Below, piece by piece: positions 60,401-64,000 of a stretch of 64,000 bases of DNA. The notes below the pieces were generated by a model. That model ran no database searches and was not told the DNA's origin. It saw only the letters and a list, made by a program, of their open reading frames with translations. The DNA comes from Macrostomum lignano. Lineage: Eukaryota. Position 1 is the first letter of the stretch; every line of letters begins with the position of its first letter. The stretch lies in the NCBI GenBank assembly GCA_002269645.1, contig NIVC01000337.1, positions 496,001-560,000 on the forward strand, written 5' to 3'. Position numbers and translations under genes: made by a program.

Positions 60401-61348
60401 GCAGGGCCGAGAACGAGGCCGGGCCGCCGGTCCAGGCCAAGACGAGTATTGAATTCCGCGAGCCACTGCGGGCAGCCGTTGAAGTCATCAGTCCGGCCGG
60501 CAAAACTGAGGAAGGCGGTCGCATCCGGCTGCAGAGCCAGCTAAAAGCGGGGTACCCGGCACCCTTCTTGTATCTCTGGTTCAAGGAGGTGCAGCAGAGC
60601 GAGTCTTCAACCAACGGATCAGTCGCAACCGCTGCGCCTCTCGGCACCGGCATGTCTTTGGACTTGGACCCGCTGAAGCTGTCGCACAGTGGGAGGTACT
60701 TCCTGCGGGTCACGAACCAGTTCGAGACAGTGGAGTCTGAGCGAGTTACCGTCACTGTGATGTCCCGTGAGTGTCCTTTCGACACTGAAATGCTACCCAC
60801 TGAAAATATCCTCTGCTAAGCAATAGGATTAAAACTCTCGTAAAAGCACACAAGATTCCCAAGACAAGAAGGTCATCATCGTTCGGGATGCATCAGAATC
60901 AAAACTGTCAACATTTGCAGAATGTGGCGATGTTCTGTGCGACACCAGGTGTCGCTATGGATACCAGAGGGACAATAAAACCTGTTCAACCTGCCAGTGC
61001 ATCAACCCGTGCCAGGACAACACCTGCAATAAAGGCCAGGTCTGCCGGCCATTCTGCCTAGACATCAACGATTGCACCAAGTTCCAGACGGAGTGCATCT
61101 CGGGTAAGCAAATTCTGCTCAACAAACTTTTGGACGACTCAGCTTAAATAACTGAGGAAACAAATTGAAAAACCCAACGTATATCTTGAAATTCAGCCGA
61201 TACACCGCCGCCAGACTGCTTGGACCAGGACGCTGAATACTGCAGCCTGGTGCTCCAGAATGATGCACGAGCCTGTGAATACGCACAGGCCCAGTGCTGC
61301 AGTTCGTGCTTCGCGCACAGCCTGGCAAGAAGCCGCGACGAAGACTGA
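54475..61348 (+). CDS. Papilin-like secreted multidomain protein: signal peptide, EEPTTTT mucin stalk, about 9 Kunitz or Kunitz-like domains, antistasin-like domains, WAP, GCCPDG module, 3 Ig, PLAC
   Basis: Exon 1 (54475-54571) encodes a signal peptide and joins exon 2 (54761-55936) in phase 1. Canonical Kunitz domains include CSLPRDPGSC...GCHGNKNRF and CFLESDPGPCK...GGCLGNRNRF. WAP: GDCPP...CDFDLDCPDERQKCCQSGC. Ig motifs W-x-K-D and DSGEYEC. Terminal PLAC-like CLDQDAEYCSLV...CEYAQAQCCSSC, with stop at 61346-61348. Confidence 0.9.
54890..55770 (+). repeat. Coding 21-bp tandem repeat encoding about 41 EEPTTTT units
   Basis: Lies inside exon 2 of the papilin-like gene, in frame. Confidence 0.95.
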
Positions 61349-61934
61349 CTGGAATGATGGCTGCTGGAGTGGCACCGCGAATGGCGGATTTGGATCCCAA
61401 CTTCACCAGAACTGAGAAAACATGAGTAGTTTCTAATCATAATTTCAGAATTACGCGCTGTGAAGCGTTCGGCAATCTAGCAGTGTTTTTTCTTTGAGTA
61501 TGCATAGTGTTAATCGATGAGTAGCGCTGTAGCATTATTCATATTTAATTAACTTGTTATCAAACATTTTATCAGTATGTTCTGTACCAATTAAACCAAT
61601 TAGCACTTTTTATACACCACGCTTTAGCAATGCTAGACACTAACTACTTACTCGTGTAAAATTCTGCCCTTTTTAACCCTCGTCTCTTGCCGACCAACTG
61701 CTGCTCTGACGAACTAGCGAACCAGTTTAAGCTGGATCTTTTAACCAGCCGAAATAAATGGATGCTTTTTTCAACTGCAGGAACTCACTTGCACACAAAA
61801 TGCCGTAAACTTGGTCAAGACGTCAAAAGTACCTTTGGATTCTGCGCGTGTTCACATCATACTGGACTCGTGCAGGAAAATATACGCGACTAAATTTGTC
61901 GTGAGATTCACCTCTATGCCGCCCAAGCCTCCTA

Positions 61935-62295
61935 TTTTTTTAATTAGAGGCAGGGGGGTTGCGTGCACTCTGGCGCACTTTAAGCGACATTGGCACACAA
62001 CCGGCGAGAGGCATTACTGCCCATTCCGCCGACTCCCCTGAGCAGGCATACAAGCGCGCGGATACGTACGCAGGCACACACTCACACAGGAGTGTACAGC
62101 GGCCCTAACTTTATATTCTCGTTAGGCATGTACACTTCACTGCGCCTTGGGGGGTTGGCTCTCAAGGCCGTTAATTGCACGAGCAGAGCCAAGCCGAGAT
62201 TCCAATTCAGCCCCATATTAATGTGACTGCACTTGGAATCGAGCCTGGGTCGCTGGCACACCAGAGCAGCTGCGCTACCGCTGGGCTGCGGCCCC
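61935..62295 (-). mobile_element. tRNA-derived SINE, copy 2 of the 24.8 kb family
   Basis: Near-identical to 24810-25175. TSD cccaagcctccta at 61922-61934 and 62296-62308. Confidence 0.88.
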
Positions 62296-63019
62296 CCCAA
62301 GCCTCCTAGATCTAAAAAAAAAAAATAATAACTAATTCAACACAACTAATGGTTGCTTAGTCCACATAATTCACGGCTGATTAATCTGTTTAAAGAGTAT
62401 CATTTCAATACAGTTTATTAACTAACAAAATCAATGCACAGCACCATACAGAAATCAAGGACAACAGGTGCAACAGTTGCTACCAGTGGTCCTTGACCCA
62501 AATACTCGTATAAGAAATTTCAATCAACAGGTATCTATGCGATAAGGCTCTAACTACAGGCTAGGGTGGATAAATATTTTATACTCAATTATGCTAAGGC
62601 TACATAAGATTTCTTATATAAGCAACTAAAATTCTATAAAACCTGCCTTGGCTAACCAAAATGGTTTATAGACTAAAATATCAGTACACCTTGATTGTCA
62701 ATTATAAACGGACTACGAGAAAACAAAATTTCACAATGAAAGGAAAGAATGCTTCAATGCATATTTCCAATCACTGAATAACAATTTGACATGCAATCAA
62801 AATGGTCTGTTTTGGAATCTGAAACTAGATATCATAACAAAATTATGTTGCCATGGGGATTTACAGAGCAGCTCAAGGACGAATCCTAGAAAGGATCTCA
62901 GATTCGAAGCGAGAGAATCTACACTCGCAGATTCCCAGACGGCAGTGAGCTGCGAAATCCGCTATGCTAGACGTGAAAGGAACTCGAAATCCTCTCATTC
63001 ATCATCTGATCCTCTCAGG

Positions 63020-63385
63020 AACCCTAAATCCGCTCCAGTAGGAACCCTAAATCCGCCCCCCAGTAGGAACCCTAAATCCGCCCCCCCAGTAGGAACCCTA
63101 AATCCGCCCCAGTAGGAACCCTGAATACGCCCCCTAGTAGGAACCCTAAATCCGCCCCCGCCCCAGTAGGAACCCTAAATCCGCCCCATCCCAGTAGGAA
63201 CCCTAAACCCGCCCCAGTAGGAACCCTAAATCCGCCTAAGTAGTATAGGAACCCTAAATCCGCCCCCCAGTAGGAACCTCAAATCCGACATAGTAGGAAC
63301 CCTAAATCCGCCCCCCAGTAGGAATCTCAAATCCGACATAGTAGGAACCCTAAATCCCCCCAGTAGAAACCCCAAATCCGCCCTT
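63020..63385. repeat. Minisatellite of about 24 bp (cagtaggaaccctaaatccgcccc)
   Basis: About 15 imperfect copies between the convergent papilin-like and GSR 3' ends. Confidence 0.9.
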
Positions 63386-63502
63386 TTGACATCCGAAATT
63401 CGCTGTAAAAGGAATGCAAAATCCTGCGCAATGCTCAGAGCATGCTCAGATACTCAGTTCAGCATCTCTCCACGCCCCCAGCCCCCGAGTCCAGCGAAGA
63501 CT

Positions 63503-64000
63503 TCAACGCATCGTGACCAGCTCCTCGGCGCTGGTGGGATGAATGGCCACCGTGTTGTCAAAATCGGTTTTGGTGGCGCCCATCCGCATGGCAACAGAGA
63601 AGCCCTGCAGAATCTCGTCGGACGCTTCACCGAACAGGTGCAGCCCGATGACTCGCTCGGTGGGCAGCAGGCAGATCAGCTTGATGCGGAATCTGGGCTT
63701 GTGCTCGGTCATGGAGAAGTACATCGGCAGGAAGTCGGACTGGTAGATCTTCAAATTTTTCTCGCCGTGCTTCTTCACCGCTTCCTCTGCAAGTTCATAA
63801 AACCAGATCGATTAATAGAGGGTGTGCAATGTACGGAGAGGGGGCCGTTTTACACGGTGTCAGAATCATTTCCAACGGGAAAGAAGTTAAAACCCAACGG
63901 GCGACGGACTCACCCTGAGTCAGGCCGCAGGTGCCGGCGGGCGGGTGGCTGAATATCACGGACGGGATGTTGCTGTAATCCAGCTTGGCTTCCGCCTGCC
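63503..64000 (-). CDS. GSR: Glutathione reductase, 3' partial (exons >64000-63914 and 63786-63503)
   Basis: [23 protein letters not shown]|EEA... and [25 protein letters not shown]; phase-1 junction cagg|gtgagt...ttgcag|ag. Confidence 0.92.

Overview
Eukaryotic (metazoan) genomic DNA with GT-AG introns, GC-rich exons and introns loaded with minisatellites. The NPY/NPF-type precursor and overall organisation suggest a flatworm such as Macrostomum, but that is inference. Genes from left to right: (1) a full-length ABCA transporter (minus strand) with an unresolved frame break between its halves; (2) an 11-exon, 666-aa CH-domain/coiled-coil/SAM-domain gene (minus) that the ORF track misses, reconstructed here with consistent splice phases at all 10 introns; (3) an intronless cytosolic Hsp70 with its own TATA box and two perfect heat-shock elements, nested on the same strand inside intron 7 of gene 2; (4) a divergent intronless RPS18; (5) a two-exon NPY/NPF-like precursor whose amidation glycine is replaced by Asn (GRPRY-NKR); (6) fragments of a coiled-coil gene; (7) a papilin-like secreted protein (plus) with a mucin-like stalk, about 9 Kunitz-like domains, WAP, 3 Ig and PLAC but no thrombospondin cassette; (8) the 3' end of glutathione reductase. 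Mobile DNA: two copies of a 3.4-3.8 kb non-autonomous element with about 230-bp TIRs and 9-bp TSDs, hAT-like MITEs with 8-bp TSDs, a fold-back mariner derivative, several tRNA-derived SINEs, and a 2.65-kb polypurine tandem duplication. No CRISPR array, rRNA or intact tRNA is supported. All coordinates were read by hand and may be off by a few bases.
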